64,000 nucleotides of DNA, taken from the NCBI RefSeq assembly GCF_905372115.1, contig NZ_CAJPNR010000004.1, forward strand, positions 3,062-67,061. Reading direction: 5' to 3'. The DNA is from an uncultured Streptococcus sp. GTDB taxonomy: Bacteria > Bacillota > Bacilli > Lactobacillales > Streptococcaceae. Positions 38,639-48,923 of this stretch are shown here, in pieces. Under the pieces are notes generated by a model. It did not search any database. It was not told the DNA's origin and saw only the letters and a list, made by a program, of their open reading frames with translations. Every line of letters starts with the position of its first letter. Within the stretch, counting starts at the first letter, position 1. Both the position numbers and the translations under genes were made by a program.

Positions 38639-39157
38639 ATGAAAAAGAAACCAATTTATCTTTATATTTTGCTGGGATTGTCAACCGTGGGAACCTTGTG
38701 GGGACTTTTTGGCAAGTTCACTTCTTCGGATGCTGGAGTGAAAAGCATTCTTAAGCAGATAGAAGAACCAGCAAAATCCCAGTATGCCACTTATTTTAGC
38801 AAGAGTGCAGAAGTGGCGAATTCGCTAGCCAATAATTTCTTTTTTTACGGGCACATCGTTCTCTTAATAGTAGCTCTTTTCTTCCTTTTTAGGAAAGATA
38901 TATTTAAGGCCAATCTTATCTACATTGCCGATGTTCTTGTGGGTTTGATTTCGACAGCCTATGCTTATGTGGTATCAAAGGGAATTATAGCTTCTTCTTT
39001 CTCGGACTCAACTCTTCTTTCGGCACAGATGACGGGGTTGAATTTCTCCATCCTCCTTTCAGTAGTCATTAGCCTAATCTTCCTTTCCATCGTCATCTTT
39101 AAGCTAGTCCAGCAGCAGAAAGAGGCTGAAAAAGTGGAACTAGCTGCGAACGAATAA
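38639..39157 (+). CDS. Hypothetical membrane protein (4 TM)
   Basis: ATG at 38639 after CAGGAGG; the upstream part of ORF-track 38573 lacks an RBS. Confidence 0.6.
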   Translation: MKKKPIYLYILLGLSTVGTLWGLFGKFTSSDAGVKSILKQIEEPAKSQYATYFSKSAEVANSLANNFFFYGHIVLLIVALFFLFRKDIFKANLIYIADVLVGLISTAYAYVVSKGIIASSFSDSTLLSAQMTGLNFSILLSVVISLIFLSIVIFKLVQQQKEAEKVELAANE

Positions 39158-39160
39158 GAT

Positions 39161-39189
39161 TTGACAAATAACAGATAAGTGCTTACAAT
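39161..39189 (+). promoter_or_regulatory. Candidate nrdI promoter nested in the upstream terminator
   Basis: -35 TTGACA (39161-39166), 17-nt spacer, -10 TACAAT (39184-39189). Confidence 0.45.
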
Positions 39190-39216
39190 TTTAAGAAGCA
39201 ATATCTGTTATTTTTT
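39167..39216 (+). terminator. Terminator of the membrane-protein gene
   Basis: AATAACAGATA-(24 nt)-TATCTGTTATT perfect 11-bp stem followed by TTTT. Confidence 0.65.
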
Positions 39217-39231
39217 AGAATGGAGAGTAAA

Positions 39232-39708
39232 ATGACAAAGGTTTCCTTGGTTTACATCAGCCTGAGCGGCAATACAGAGAGTTTCGTCCGTCGGCTGACA
39301 GACTATTTGCTGGAGCAGCATCCAAGCCTAGAAGTGGAGAAGATTCATATCAAAGACATGGTAAAGGAAGGGCAGCCCTTTTTTGAAATGGACAATCCTT
39401 TCGTAGCTTTTCTGCCGACTTATTTGGAGGGCGGCAATGGTGTGGACAATGGCGATGTAGAAATTCTGACAACCGATGTGGGGGACTTTATTGCCTATGG
39501 TCAGAATGCCAGCAAGTGCCTGGGCGTCATTGGCAGTGGCAATCGTAACTTTAACAACCAATACTGTCTGACAGCCAAGCAATATTCAGAGCGCTTCGGA
39601 TTTCCGGTTTTGGCCGATTTTGAAATGCGCGGCATGTTGGGAGACATTAAGAAGGTTGCAGGAATTATTGAGGAGCTCTATCATATTGAAAAAAACGAAA
39701 ACCAGTGA
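39232..39708 (+). CDS. nrdI: NrdI-like flavodoxin (class Ib RNR assembly flavoprotein), not linked to nrdEF here
   Basis: N-terminal [16 protein letters not shown] (NrdI/flavodoxin FMN loop) and [16 protein letters not shown]; ATG at 39232 after GGAGAG. Confidence 0.8.
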   Translation: MTKVSLVYISLSGNTESFVRRLTDYLLEQHPSLEVEKIHIKDMVKEGQPFFEMDNPFVAFLPTYLEGGNGVDNGDVEILTTDVGDFIAYGQNASKCLGVIGSGNRNFNNQYCLTAKQYSERFGFPVLADFEMRGMLGDIKKVAGIIEELYHIEKNENQ

Positions 39709-39722
39709 GATTTTCGTTTTTT
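39692..39722. terminator. AT-rich bidirectional hairpin between convergent nrdI and argS
   Basis: AAAACGAAAA-(9 nt)-TTTTCGTTTT, overlapping the nrdI stop. Confidence 0.6.
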
Positions 39723-39739
39723 GATGTTCTAAATCAAGC

Positions 39740-41428
39740 TTACATCTTTTCTGGTGCTTCTACTCCCAGCAGACGCAGAGCTTCTTTGAGGACAACAGCT
39801 GTTGAGTAGCTGAGAGCCAGACGGCTGTCGCGCTCAGGGCTTTCATCCAGAATCCGTGTGTGCGCATAGTATTTGTTAAAGGCTTGGGCCAGGCTGATAG
39901 CATATTTGGCAATCAGTGATGGCTCATAGTTATCAGCAGCACGCTTGACAACACGACCGAAGTCTTGGAGCAGCTTGATAATTTCCCAGCTTTCTGGATC
40001 GTTCAGGCTGTATGTAGCCTCTGCATCTGGCTGGAAGTTCGCCTTGCGCAGGATAGACTGGATACGAGCATAGGCATACTGGATGTAAGGGCCTGTTTCT
40101 CCCTCGAAGGAAACCATAGCTTCCAGATCAAAGTCGTAACCATTGCGGCGGTCAGTTTTGAGGTCGTAGAACTTAACCGCTCCGACTCCAACTGCGCGAG
40201 CAACAGCTTCCTTGTTTTCCAAATCTGGGTTTTTAGCTTCGATCTGACTCTTAGCCCGGCTGATAGCTTCCAGCAGAGTTGGTTCGAGAAGGATGATATT
40301 TCCTTTACGTGTAGACAATTTTTGACGGTTCTTAGTCACCAGTCCGAAGTCAACGTGAATCATGTCATCGCTCCAGTCAAAGCCCATCTTTTTCAGAACG
40401 GCCTTGAGCTGTCTGAAGTGGTTGGCCTGCTCTTGACCTACAACATAGACATTTTTGACAAAGTTGTAAGTGCGAGCCCGGTAGATGGCTGTTGCGATAT
40501 CACGTGTAATGTAGAGGGTAGCACCGTCTGATTTTTTAATCATAGCAGGCGGAAGGTTGAAGTCTTCCAAGTCTACAATGCTAGCTCCTTTGGATTCCTG
40601 CAGGAGACCCTTGTCTTCAAGGATTTGAATCCCTTCGTCCATCTTGTCGTTGTAGAAGGCTTCGCCGTTTAGACTGTCAAATTCGACACCTAGGAGTTCG
40701 TAGATACGGTTGAATTCTGTCAGACTTTCATCGCGGAACCATTGCCAGAGCTCAGTTGCTTCTGGGTCACCGTCTTCCAGCTTCTTGAACCAAAGGCGGC
40801 CTTCTTCATCCAGAGATGGGTCGTTTTCAATCTCGGCATTGATACGCACGTAGAGTTTGAGGAGCTCGTCAATAGGGTTAGCTTCAACAGCTTCCTGGCT
40901 TCCCCACTTCTTATAAGCTACCATAAGGAGGCCGAACTGTTTGCCCCAGTCTCCCAAGTGGTTGACTTTAATGGTGTTGTAGCCAATCTTGCGGAAGATG
41001 TTGGAAAGAGCGTCACCGATAACAGTAGAGCGCAAGTGGCCGACTGAGAAAGGCTTGGCAATGTTTGGGCTGGATAGGTCAATGGTAACATTTTTTCCAT
41101 TTCCTTCGTTCTGCTGGCCGTAGTCAGCTCCGTCTTTGATGACTTCTTTGATAACTTGGCCAGAAATTTCAGCCTTGCTGAGGAAAAAGTTGACATAAGG
41201 ACCAGTCGCAACGACTTTGTCAAAATGCGCTGTATCAATCTTTTCAGCGATATCAGCAGCGATGATTTGAGGAGCTTTGCGCTCAGTCTTTGCCAGAGAA
41301 AAGGCTGGGAAGGCGATATCGCCAAGTTCAGAGCTCTTTGGCTGCTCCAATAAATTTAAAATAGCGTCTTGATCAAGGCTGTCAATAACCTTGGCCAATT
41401 CGCCGGCAATCAACTGTTTGTTATCCAT
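39740..41428 (-). CDS. argS: Arginine--tRNA ligase
   Basis: 562 aa class I aaRS ([20 protein letters not shown]-type region, C-terminal DALR anticodon-binding domain). Confidence 0.97.
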   Translation of the reverse strand: MDNKQLIAGELAKVIDSLDQDAILNLLEQPKSSELGDIAFPAFSLAKTERKAPQIIAADIAEKIDTAHFDKVVATGPYVNFFLSKAEISGQVIKEVIKDGADYGQQNEGNGKNVTIDLSSPNIAKPFSVGHLRSTVIGDALSNIFRKIGYNTIKVNHLGDWGKQFGLLMVAYKKWGSQEAVEANPIDELLKLYVRINAEIENDPSLDEEGRLWFKKLEDGDPEATELWQWFRDESLTEFNRIYELLGVEFDSLNGEAFYNDKMDEGIQILEDKGLLQESKGASIVDLEDFNLPPAMIKKSDGATLYITRDIATAIYRARTYNFVKNVYVVGQEQANHFRQLKAVLKKMGFDWSDDMIHVDFGLVTKNRQKLSTRKGNIILLEPTLLEAISRAKSQIEAKNPDLENKEAVARAVGVGAVKFYDLKTDRRNGYDFDLEAMVSFEGETGPYIQYAYARIQSILRKANFQPDAEATYSLNDPESWEIIKLLQDFGRVVKRAADNYEPSLIAKYAISLAQAFNKYYAHTRILDESPERDSRLALSYSTAVVLKEALRLLGVEAPEKM

Positions 41429-41729
41429 ATTTGCTCCTTTGTGTCTTTTGTTATTATTTTATCACATTTTTCAAGGAATCTTCAATTTTTTTGGGAATAA
41501 TTTTTGGGCTAATAGGAATTTTTCTGATATAATAAGAGAGATAAGAACCTGTATTTATAGATGAGTTTTCCATCTAAATGCTTCCTTCTCTGACACTCTT
41601 GGTTAAAGTTTTTTTGTTTATTCTCAGTATTCCTGCAAATCTTTGCCTAGATTGATGGAGAAGCAGTCTTTGATCGGATGGAGTGCCCTTCATGAATGCA
41701 GCTTCTAAATATTCAATAATGAGGTAAAA

Positions 41730-42167
41730 ATGAGAAAGAATGACCGTCATCAGTTAGTCAAAACGATGATTAAGGAGGAAAAGCTAGGAACGCAAAAGGA
41801 GATTCAGGATCGTCTGGAAGCGCAAGGGATTTATGTGACGCAGACTACCCTGTCGCGTGACCTCCGTGAAATCGGCCTGACTAAAGTTAAGAAGAAGGGG
41901 CTGACTTATTATGTTTTGGCGCATGAGACTGAAGAGATTAATTTTATAGAGTTTTTAGCCAAGCATGTGGAGAGTGTAGCTAGGGCAGAGTTTAGTCTGG
42001 TTCTTCGTACGGGCCTGGGAGAGGCAACAGTGCTAGCCAATGTCGTGGATAACTCGTTCGATAGCCGTATTCTGGGAACCGTTGCGGGTGCCAATACTCT
42101 TTTAGTGGTTTGCCGGGATCAGGCAGCTGCTCAGGAGATTGAAGAGCAAATACAGGAAGTGATGTAG
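41730..42167 (+). CDS. argR: ArgR-family arginine repressor
   Basis: 145 aa starting RHQLVKTMIKEEKLGTQKEIQDRLEAQGIYVTQTTLSRDLREIGL, with a C-terminal oligomerisation domain (GTVAGANTLLVVC). Confidence 0.9.
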   Translation: MRKNDRHQLVKTMIKEEKLGTQKEIQDRLEAQGIYVTQTTLSRDLREIGLTKVKKKGLTYYVLAHETEEINFIEFLAKHVESVARAEFSLVLRTGLGEATVLANVVDNSFDSRILGTVAGANTLLVVCRDQAAAQEIEEQIQEVM

Positions 42168-42245
42168 GAGTCACAGTTTTTTCAGGAAAAATGGAGAGGT
42201 TTGAGACGGAAGTCCTGACCTCGTTTGTTTTTAGAAAGGATAGAG

Positions 42246-44795
42246 ATGGCAGTAGAAAAGTTATCGCCAGGCATGCAGCAGTATTTGGATATCAAAAAGG
42301 ACTATCCAGATGCTTTCTTGCTCTTTCGGATGGGGGATTTCTATGAGTTGTTTTATGATGATGCGGTCAATGCCGCCCAGATTTTAGAGATTTCTCTCAC
42401 CAGCCGCAATAAAAATGCTGAAAACCCCATTCCCATGGCTGGAGTTCCCTATCATTCGGCACAGCAGTATATTGATGTTTTGGTCGAGTCAGGCTATAAG
42501 GTAGCGATTGCGGAGCAGATGGAAGATCCCAAGGAAGCCAAGGGCGTTGTTAAGCGGGAGGTCGTTCAGGTTATCACACCGGGGACGGTGGTAGACTCCA
42601 GTAAGCCGGACTCTGCTAATAACTTTCTGGTGGCTCTGGATTACTCGGATAGCCTCTATGGTCTGGCTTATATGGACTTGGTGACCGGTGAGTTTCAGGT
42701 GACTAGTTTAGAGGACTTTAGCTTGGTCTGCGGGGAAATCCGCAATTTGAAGGCTAGGGAAGTGGTGCTGGGCTATGCCTTGCCAGAAGCTGAGGAGCAG
42801 GTCTTGGCTGGGCAGATGAACCTTTTGCTGTCCTATGTACAGACAGCCTTGGATGATGTTCAGCTGCTGGGCGAGGAGCTGTCTCCTATGGAACGTCAGG
42901 CTGCGGGGAAATTGCTGGAGTATGTGCACCGGACCCAGATGAGGGAGCTCAGCCATTTAAAGAAGGCTCAGCATTATGAAATCAAGGACTTCCTGCAAAT
43001 GGACTATGCCACCAAGGCGAGTCTGGATTTGACAGAAAATGCTCGCTCGGGCAAGAAGCACGGCAGTCTTTATTGGTTGATGGACGAGACCAAGACGGCC
43101 ATGGGAGGCCGCATGCTGCGCTCTTGGATCCAGCGTCCGCTGATTGATGAAGCGCGAATTAGCCAGCGGCAGAATGTCGTCGAGGTTTTTCTGGATCATT
43201 TCTTTGAGCGAAGTGATTTGACGGAGAGCCTCAAGGGAGTCTATGATATTGAGCGGCTGGCTAGTCGAGTGTCTTTTGGCAAGACCAATCCCAAGGATTT
43301 GCTGCAGCTGGCAGCTACCCTAGGCAATGTGCCTCAGATTAAGGCTATCTTGCAAGGAATCGGCAGCCCGCATCTGGCTCGTTTGATTGAGGGCCTGGAT
43401 CCTATTCCAGAGTTGGCGGGCTTGATTAGCTCGGCCATTTCGCCGGATGCACCCCATATCATCACTGAGGGCAATATTATTCGGACCGGTTTTGATGAAA
43501 CCTTGGATCAGTATCGGCTTGTGCTGAGGGATGGGACCGGATGGATTGCGGAGCTGGAAGTCAAAGAACGTGCTAACAGCGGCATCAGCAATCTGAAGAT
43601 TGATTATAATAAAAAAGATGGTTACTATTTCCATGTGACCAATTCTCAGTTGGCTCATGTGCCTAGTCATTTCTTCCGCAAGGCGACCCTGAAAAATTCT
43701 GAACGTTTCGGAACGGAGGAGCTGGCCCGGATTGAGGGAGAGATGTTGGAGGCGCGTGAAAAATCTGCTAATTTGGAATACGAGATTTTCATGCGGATTC
43801 GCGAGGAAGCTGGCAAATACATCCAGCGCTTGCAGGCCTTGGCACAAACGCTGGCAGCTGTAGATGTCCTGCAGAGCTTTGCTGCGGTGGCAGAACAACT
43901 GCATTTGGTGCGCCCTGTCTTTACTTCGGAGCGCCGTCTGCAGATTGAAAAAGGTCGGCATGCTGTTGTGGAAAAGGTCATGGGAGCCCAAAGCTACATT
44001 CCAAATAGTATTCTGCTGGACCAGGAAACGGACATCCAGCTGATTACCGGGCCTAATATGAGCGGGAAATCGACTTATATGCGCCAACTGGCTATCATTG
44101 TCATTATGGCACAGATGGGTTCTTATGTGCCTGCTCAGTCTGCCAGTCTGCCTTTATTCGATGCGATTTTCACTCGTATCGGTGCAGCGGATGATCTGGT
44201 GTCCGGCCAGTCCACTTTTATGGTGGAGATGATGGAGGCCAATCGGGCCATTCGGCAGGCCAGCGAGCGTTCGCTCATTCTCTTTGATGAGCTGGGGCGT
44301 GGAACGGCTACTTATGATGGGATGGCGCTGGCTCAGGCTATTATCGAACATATTCATCATTATACTGGGGCCAAAACCCTCTTTGCCACCCACTATCACG
44401 AGCTGACAGCCTTAGAGGATAGCTTGGAGCATTTGGAAAATGTCCATGTGGCAACCTTGGAGAAGGATGGACAGGTGACTTTCCTGCATAAGATTGAGCC
44501 GGGTCCGGCAGACAAATCTTACGGAATCCATGTGGCGAAGATTGCCGGACTTCCTGAGAAATTACTGGAGCGGGCGGATAGCATTTTGAGTCATTTGGAG
44601 AGTCAGGATACAGAACTAGGATCAGATCTTCCTACCGAATCCAGACAAACATGGTCGCAAGTAGCAGAGCAGATGTCTCTTTTCGCAGAAGGAACGGAAA
44701 ATCCAGTCCTGACTGAACTACGAGACTTGGACATCTACAATATGACTCCCCTGGAAGTCATGGCGGCGGTAGCCGAGCTCAAGAAAAAGCTCTAA
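42246..44795 (+). CDS. mutS: DNA mismatch repair protein MutS
   Basis: [32 protein letters not shown], Walker [21 protein letters not shown]; ATG at 42246. Confidence 0.97.
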   Translation: MAVEKLSPGMQQYLDIKKDYPDAFLLFRMGDFYELFYDDAVNAAQILEISLTSRNKNAENPIPMAGVPYHSAQQYIDVLVESGYKVAIAEQMEDPKEAKGVVKREVVQVITPGTVVDSSKPDSANNFLVALDYSDSLYGLAYMDLVTGEFQVTSLEDFSLVCGEIRNLKAREVVLGYALPEAEEQVLAGQMNLLLSYVQTALDDVQLLGEELSPMERQAAGKLLEYVHRTQMRELSHLKKAQHYEIKDFLQMDYATKASLDLTENARSGKKHGSLYWLMDETKTAMGGRMLRSWIQRPLIDEARISQRQNVVEVFLDHFFERSDLTESLKGVYDIERLASRVSFGKTNPKDLLQLAATLGNVPQIKAILQGIGSPHLARLIEGLDPIPELAGLISSAISPDAPHIITEGNIIRTGFDETLDQYRLVLRDGTGWIAELEVKERANSGISNLKIDYNKKDGYYFHVTNSQLAHVPSHFFRKATLKNSERFGTEELARIEGEMLEAREKSANLEYEIFMRIREEAGKYIQRLQALAQTLAAVDVLQSFAAVAEQLHLVRPVFTSERRLQIEKGRHAVVEKVMGAQSYIPNSILLDQETDIQLITGPNMSGKSTYMRQLAIIVIMAQMGSYVPAQSASLPLFDAIFTRIGAADDLVSGQSTFMVEMMEANRAIRQASERSLILFDELGRGTATYDGMALAQAIIEHIHHYTGAKTLFATHYHELTALEDSLEHLENVHVATLEKDGQVTFLHKIEPGPADKSYGIHVAKIAGLPEKLLERADSILSHLESQDTELGSDLPTESRQTWSQVAEQMSLFAEGTENPVLTELRDLDIYNMTPLEVMAAVAELKKKL

Positions 44796-44799
44796 AAAC

Positions 44800-44840
44800 A
44801 AAGAGCAGACTTGTTAATGCCTCAAGTCTGCTCTTTTTAT
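44800..44840. terminator. Bidirectional terminator between convergent mutS and the membrane-protein gene
   Basis: AAAGAGCAGACTT-(11 nt)-AAGTCTGCTCTTT perfect 13-bp stem with flanking A and T tracts. Confidence 0.9.
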
Positions 44841-44843
44841 TTC

Positions 44844-45314
44844 TCACGATTTGCTAGACAAGCCGCTATTGATCTTTTGAATGTTGCGGTAGGTGTGGTA
44901 GTAGATAGCGCCTGAAATGATTAGATAGATAAGGGTGAATTCCCCGACGGCAGTCAGTGTCAGGCTGAGTATTTTTTCTCTTGGGAAAAATCCAGCTAGA
45001 TTAGCTAAAAGTGCAAAGGTCAGAATCATCACACTATAGTGACTGACGATGGAGCGCACGATGCTCCAGTCTCTTTGGAAGAAGCTTCCACTCCATCTGA
45101 AAACAGCTCCCATGATAAACCAGACAAGCATGCAGTAGAGCATGATGAGGGAAACATGGACATGTTGGCTCAAAAAGAAGTGACCGATAGGGGAGCGAGG
45201 GTGCAGCGGTAGATAAGCTGGATTGTAAAAATAAGAAACAATCATGGAGAAGAAGAGACCGATGAAAATCCCTCCAATCCCTCCGAAAAAGAGTTCTTTA
45301 AGACGAGTTTTCAT
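44844..45314 (-). CDS. Small polytopic membrane protein (4-5 TM, DUF3021-like) cotranscribed with the LytTR regulator
   Basis: 156 aa, very hydrophobic; its start codon overlaps the LytTR gene stop (ATGA, 45311-45314). Confidence 0.7.
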   Translation of the reverse strand: MKTRLKELFFGGIGGIFIGLFFSMIVSYFYNPAYLPLHPRSPIGHFFLSQHVHVSLIMLYCMLVWFIMGAVFRWSGSFFQRDWSIVRSIVSHYSVMILTFALLANLAGFFPREKILSLTLTAVGEFTLIYLIISGAIYYHTYRNIQKINSGLSSKS

Positions 45315-45751
45315 AATTGCAACCTTTCTTTGATAGATTTGAGATAACGGCGGGACGAGTATGTCTGGTCGCCGTTTTTCAGAAATATTTGAATCAGACC
45401 ATTTGGAGTCAGCTTGAGGTGGCTGATTTGTCGGCTGTTGATAATCTCCGACTGAGAAATCTGCAGGAAATACTCCGGCAGGACCTGCAGCAACTGATAA
45501 AGAGCTTGTTGAGCTCGATAGCCGTCTTTTGCTGTTCGAACCTGAACCTGGCGATTTTCTGTATAGATTCGGTGGATTTCCTTAGCATCCAGCAGATAGA
45601 TTTCATCTTCTTTTTTGACATGAATCTTGTCTTCTTTGCCTAGATGTTGAGCAAAGTGGACCAATTCCTGAATACTTTCTGTCATGAGGCGAGCCTCAAT
45701 GCTAACGGAGTCTTCGGTAACTTGAGAATCGATTCTTAGCTTAACTTTCAT
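45311..45751 (-). CDS. Stand-alone LytTR-domain DNA-binding protein (no receiver domain)
   Basis: 146 aa. The C-terminal ~95 aa fit the LytTR pattern (IYLLDAKEIHRIYTENRQVQVRT..GYRAQQALYQLLQVLP.YFLQISQSEIINSRQISHL......IQIFLKNG.QTYSSRRYLKSIKERL). AGGAGG RBS. Confidence 0.8.
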   Translation of the reverse strand: MKVKLRIDSQVTEDSVSIEARLMTESIQELVHFAQHLGKEDKIHVKKEDEIYLLDAKEIHRIYTENRQVQVRTAKDGYRAQQALYQLLQVLPEYFLQISQSEIINSRQISHLKLTPNGLIQIFLKNGDQTYSSRRYLKSIKERLQL

Positions 45752-45771
45752 AACTTCCTCCTTTCACCTTT

Positions 45772-45800
45772 ATTAAACCGCAACTTAGCAGCGAAAACAA
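45772..45800 (-). promoter_or_regulatory. Candidate promoter of the LytTR operon
   Basis: Minus strand -35 TTGTTT (45800-45795), 17-nt spacer, -10 TTTAAT (45777-45772). Confidence 0.45.
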
Positions 45801-45807
45801 GCCCTTT

Positions 45808-45839
45808 TGTCTATGTGGCAGCTATTTGTGTCTATATGG
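45808..45839. promoter_or_regulatory. Two 11-bp direct repeats phased 21 bp apart (candidate LytTR binding site)
   Basis: TGTCTATGTGG (45808-45818) and TGTCTATATGG (45829-45839). On the minus strand the proximal repeat ends 7 nt upstream of the -35. Confidence 0.5.
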
Positions 45840-45898
45840 TTTGGCTGGCGGGCAGAATGGTCAAGAAAAGGCTGCCTTCTGATAGAAAGAGCCCAATG

Positions 45899-45907
45899 TG
45901 TTATAAT
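45899..45907 (+). promoter_or_regulatory. Extended -10 of the mutL promoter
   Basis: TGtTATAAT, 26 nt before the first ATG of mutL. Confidence 0.55.
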
Positions 45908-45932
45908 AGATAGCAGAACAAATACGGAGAAA

Positions 45933-47879
45933 ATGATGTCAAAAATTATCGAACTTCCAGAAATTCTAGCCAATCAGATTGCGGCCGGTGAAGTCATTGA
46001 GCGGCCTAGCAGCGTGGTCAAGGAGCTAGTGGAAAATTCAATTGATGCGGGTGCCAGCCAGATTACCATCGAAATCGAAGAGGCTGGACTCAAGAGCATT
46101 CAGGTGACGGATAATGGCGAGGGAATAGACCACGAAGATGTCCCTCTGGCCCTTCGCCGCCATGCTACCAGTAAAATCAAGAAGCAGGCGGATCTCTTTC
46201 GGATTCGGACACTGGGTTTTCGTGGCGAGGCCATTCCTTCTATTGCTTCTGTCTCGCGTTTTACTATTGAGACAGCGACGGAAGCCGGCCAGCACGGGAC
46301 TCTGCTGGTTGCCCAAGGTGGTGAGATTGAAGAGCATGTGCCTACTAGCAGCCCGGTGGGAACGAAAATCAAGATAGAAGATCTCTTCTTCAATACTCCA
46401 GCCCGGCTCAAGTATATGAAGAGCCAGCAGGCTGAGCTGTCCCATATCGTTGATGTGATTAATCGGCTCAGTCTGGCCCATCCGGAGGTGGCTTTCACCC
46501 TTGTCAGCGACGGCCGCGAAATGACAAGGACTGCCGGTAGTGGCAATCTACGTCAGGCTATTGCGGGAATCTATGGTCTGGCAACAGCTAAGAAAATGGT
46601 GGAAATCTCTGCTTCAGATCTGGACTTTGAGGTGAGCGGCTATGTCAGTCTGCCCGAGCTGACTCGTGCAAATCGTAATTATATTACGATCCTTATCAAC
46701 GGTCGCTATATTAAGAATTTCCTGCTCAATCGTGCTATTTTGGACGGCTACGGCAGCAAGCTGATGGTAGGACGCTTTCCACTCGCGGTCATCAATATTC
46801 AGATTGATCCTTATCTGGCCGATGTCAATGTCCATCCGACTAAGCAAGAGGTGCGGATTTCTAAAGAGCGGGAACTCATGGCCTTGATTTCGCAAGCCAT
46901 TGCGACTAGTCTCAAGGAGCAGGACCTTATCCCTGATGCTTTGGAAAATCTAGCCAAATCAACTGTTAAGCGTGCGACTAAGCCCGAACAGACCAGTCTT
47001 CCCCTTAAAGAAAATCGCCTCTACTACGATAAGGAGCAGAATGACTTCTTCCTCAAGCCGCAGGTGGCCGAGCAACAACTATCCTTTGAAGAATCAGCGG
47101 AGCCTATTCATGAAGCGACCGATGAAAAAGCAGAGTCGCAACCGACTTCAGTCAAATTTGCAGAGAGAAAGCTGGCCAGCTATGACCAACTAGACCATCC
47201 AGAGCTAGATCAAGCCAGTCTGGAGCGGGCTGTGGATAAGTTGGAACAGGAAGAGAAGTCAAGCTTCCCAGAGTTAGAATATTTCGGCCAGATGCATGGC
47301 ACTTATCTATTTGCTCAGGGCAAGGGCGGTCTTTACATTATTGACCAGCATGCTGCTCAAGAGCGGGTCAAGTATGAGTATTATCGGGAGAAGATTGGGG
47401 ATGTGGACAATAGCCAGCAGCAGCTCTTGGTGCCTTATATCTTTGAATTTCCAGCGGACGATATGCTGAGAATCAAGCAGCGGATGGAGCTGTTAGAAGA
47501 CGCTGGCATCTTTTTAGAAGAGTACGGAGCCAACCAGTTTATCCTCCGTGAGCATCCCATTTGGTTCAAGGAAGAGGAGATTGAGGCCGGCATCTATGAG
47601 ATGTGTGATATGCTTCTCCTGACCAAGGAAGTTTCCATCAAGAAATATCGAGCAGAGCTAGCCATTATGATGAGCTGCAAACGCTCCATCAAGGCCAATC
47701 ACAGTCTGGATGACTACTCTGCGCGTGACTTGCTCTTTCAGCTGTCCCAGTGTGACAATCCCTATAATTGCCCACACGGTCGGCCGGTCTTGGTCAACTT
47801 TACCAAGTCAGATATGGAAAAAATGTTCCGTCGCATTCAGGAAAATCATACTAGCCTGCGGGAGTTGGGGAAATACTAA
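45933..47879 (+). CDS. mutL: DNA mismatch repair protein MutL
   Basis: [39 protein letters not shown] (GHKL ATPase). ATG at 45933 or 45936 after ACGGAGA; the ORF-track start 45807 (TTG) lies inside the promoter region. Confidence 0.97.
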   Translation: MMSKIIELPEILANQIAAGEVIERPSSVVKELVENSIDAGASQITIEIEEAGLKSIQVTDNGEGIDHEDVPLALRRHATSKIKKQADLFRIRTLGFRGEAIPSIASVSRFTIETATEAGQHGTLLVAQGGEIEEHVPTSSPVGTKIKIEDLFFNTPARLKYMKSQQAELSHIVDVINRLSLAHPEVAFTLVSDGREMTRTAGSGNLRQAIAGIYGLATAKKMVEISASDLDFEVSGYVSLPELTRANRNYITILINGRYIKNFLLNRAILDGYGSKLMVGRFPLAVINIQIDPYLADVNVHPTKQEVRISKERELMALISQAIATSLKEQDLIPDALENLAKSTVKRATKPEQTSLPLKENRLYYDKEQNDFFLKPQVAEQQLSFEESAEPIHEATDEKAESQPTSVKFAERKLASYDQLDHPELDQASLERAVDKLEQEEKSSFPELEYFGQMHGTYLFAQGKGGLYIIDQHAAQERVKYEYYREKIGDVDNSQQQLLVPYIFEFPADDMLRIKQRMELLEDAGIFLEEYGANQFILREHPIWFKEEEIEAGIYEMCDMLLLTKEVSIKKYRAELAIMMSCKRSIKANHSLDDYSARDLLFQLSQCDNPYNCPHGRPVLVNFTKSDMEKMFRRIQENHTSLRELGKY

Positions 47880-47894
47880 ACTTTATAGAAGATA

Positions 47895-47928
47895 AAACAG
47901 CCCTAGTCATAGAACTAGAGCTGTTTTT
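47895..47928. terminator. Bidirectional terminator between convergent mutL and the RDD gene
   Basis: AAACAGCCCTAGT-(6 nt)-ACTAGAGCTGTTT (one mismatch) followed by TT; overlaps the RDD gene's 3' end. Confidence 0.75.
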
Positions 47929-48436
47929 GATGTTTGAGCTGAACTTGTGTTCCAGCAAGCAAATCAGCTGGATGGCGTTTGTCCTTGCGAAGCAGTCCCA
48001 TCATCAGAAAGATCAAGAAGAGAATACCTGCTGAAGTTGACAAGAAAATTGACAGGGCATCTGCTTGATAAGCACTACGAATAGCTCCCATATGTCCCAA
48101 CTGCCAAGGGAAAAACTTGATAGCAGAGCGCAAAAGGCTGTGGGCAAGGCTCCTATGTTTGTAAACTAACTGTAAACCTGCCCAACGCTTGCCAAAACTG
48201 CCTTTTCTATAGTCTAGCCAAGCAAAGATGATAGTTAGAGGAAGAACGGAGGTAGAAAAAGCCAGAAGCTGGCTCTGGACTTCAGTGAATGCAGGAATGC
48301 CTCCTAGAACCAGATTGTAACAGCCCATAGCTAGTAAAAAAAGAGCAATGAGATAGAATGAGATGAAGAGCCAGTCTCCAAGCAGCTCTTTCAGACGAGT
48401 TTTGACAGGTATGGGATTGTCAGTTTTTAGTTTCAT
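47915..48436 (-). CDS. RDD-family membrane protein
   Basis: 3-4 TM with the N-terminal R..D and C-terminal D pattern ([12 protein letters not shown] ... [11 protein letters not shown]). ATG at 48436 after GAAGGTG, overlapping the upstream XRE gene by 17 nt; ORF-track start is 48466. Confidence 0.7.
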   Translation of the reverse strand: MKLKTDNPIPVKTRLKELLGDWLFISFYLIALFLLAMGCYNLVLGGIPAFTEVQSQLLAFSTSVLPLTIIFAWLDYRKGSFGKRWAGLQLVYKHRSLAHSLLRSAIKFFPWQLGHMGAIRSAYQADALSIFLSTSAGILFLIFLMMGLLRKDKRHPADLLAGTQVQLKHQKQL

Positions 48437-48923
48437 CTTTAGCACCTTCTTTCTTAAAATCATCAAGGCCGATAACCTTGTCCAGATACTTTTTCTTAAT
48501 CTTTAGCGCCTTGCTAATAGCCATTGCGGATGCGACTAAGAGGAAGAAGGATAGCCAGACCAGGGCAGTGAATTTTGCTGGAAAGCTAGAACCTGCGAAA
48601 AAGAGAAAGATAGCCAGGGCTGATACAAAAATATATAGAACCTGCCAGAAGCCATAAGATTTTACTTCCTTGTAGTAGCGATTTTTTTCGTCTTCTGAGA
48701 GGACGGGTTTTATTTCAGGCTTGTCACTGTCTTCTAAAAGCAGATAATCTGTCGTCACCTGGAAAATCTTGCTCAGCTCTACAACTTTTTCGAGTTCTGG
48801 CAGCGCTTGGCCAGACTCCCACTTGGAAATGCTTTGGCGAGAGACATTGATTTGTTCAGCCAGTTTTTCTTGTGACCAGCCTTTTTCTTTTCTTAGTTCA
48901 AATAATTTATCGGCGAGTTTCAT
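48420..48923 (-). CDS. XRE-family HTH regulator with a C-terminal two-TM membrane anchor
   Basis: N-terminal HTH_3 ([45 protein letters not shown]) followed by two hydrophobic helices. Confidence 0.8.
   Translation of the reverse strand: MKLADKLFELRKEKGWSQEKLAEQINVSRQSISKWESGQALPELEKVVELSKIFQVTTDYLLLEDSDKPEIKPVLSEDEKNRYYKEVKSYGFWQVLYIFVSALAIFLFFAGSSFPAKFTALVWLSFFLLVASAMAISKALKIKKKYLDKVIGLDDFKKEGAKDETKN

Noticed and set aside
41429-41530. T-box or other riboswitch leader for argS (and likewise for thrC at 29403-29514).
   Set aside because: The leaders are too short (under 100 nt). No specifier or T-box sequence and no terminator/antiterminator pair is visible.
41690-41725. Possible ARG boxes (CATGAATGCAGCTTCTAAATATTCAATAAT) upstream of argR.
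   Set aside because: Only half-site matches (TGAAT ... ATTCA) at non-canonical spacing, with about 9 of 18 matches to the ARG-box consensus.
44796-45932. SpyCIM1-like phage-related chromosomal island between mutS and mutL.
   Set aside because: The interval is only about 1.1 kb. It holds just the LytTR/membrane pair, with no integrase, excisionase, replication genes or att-like flanking repeats.
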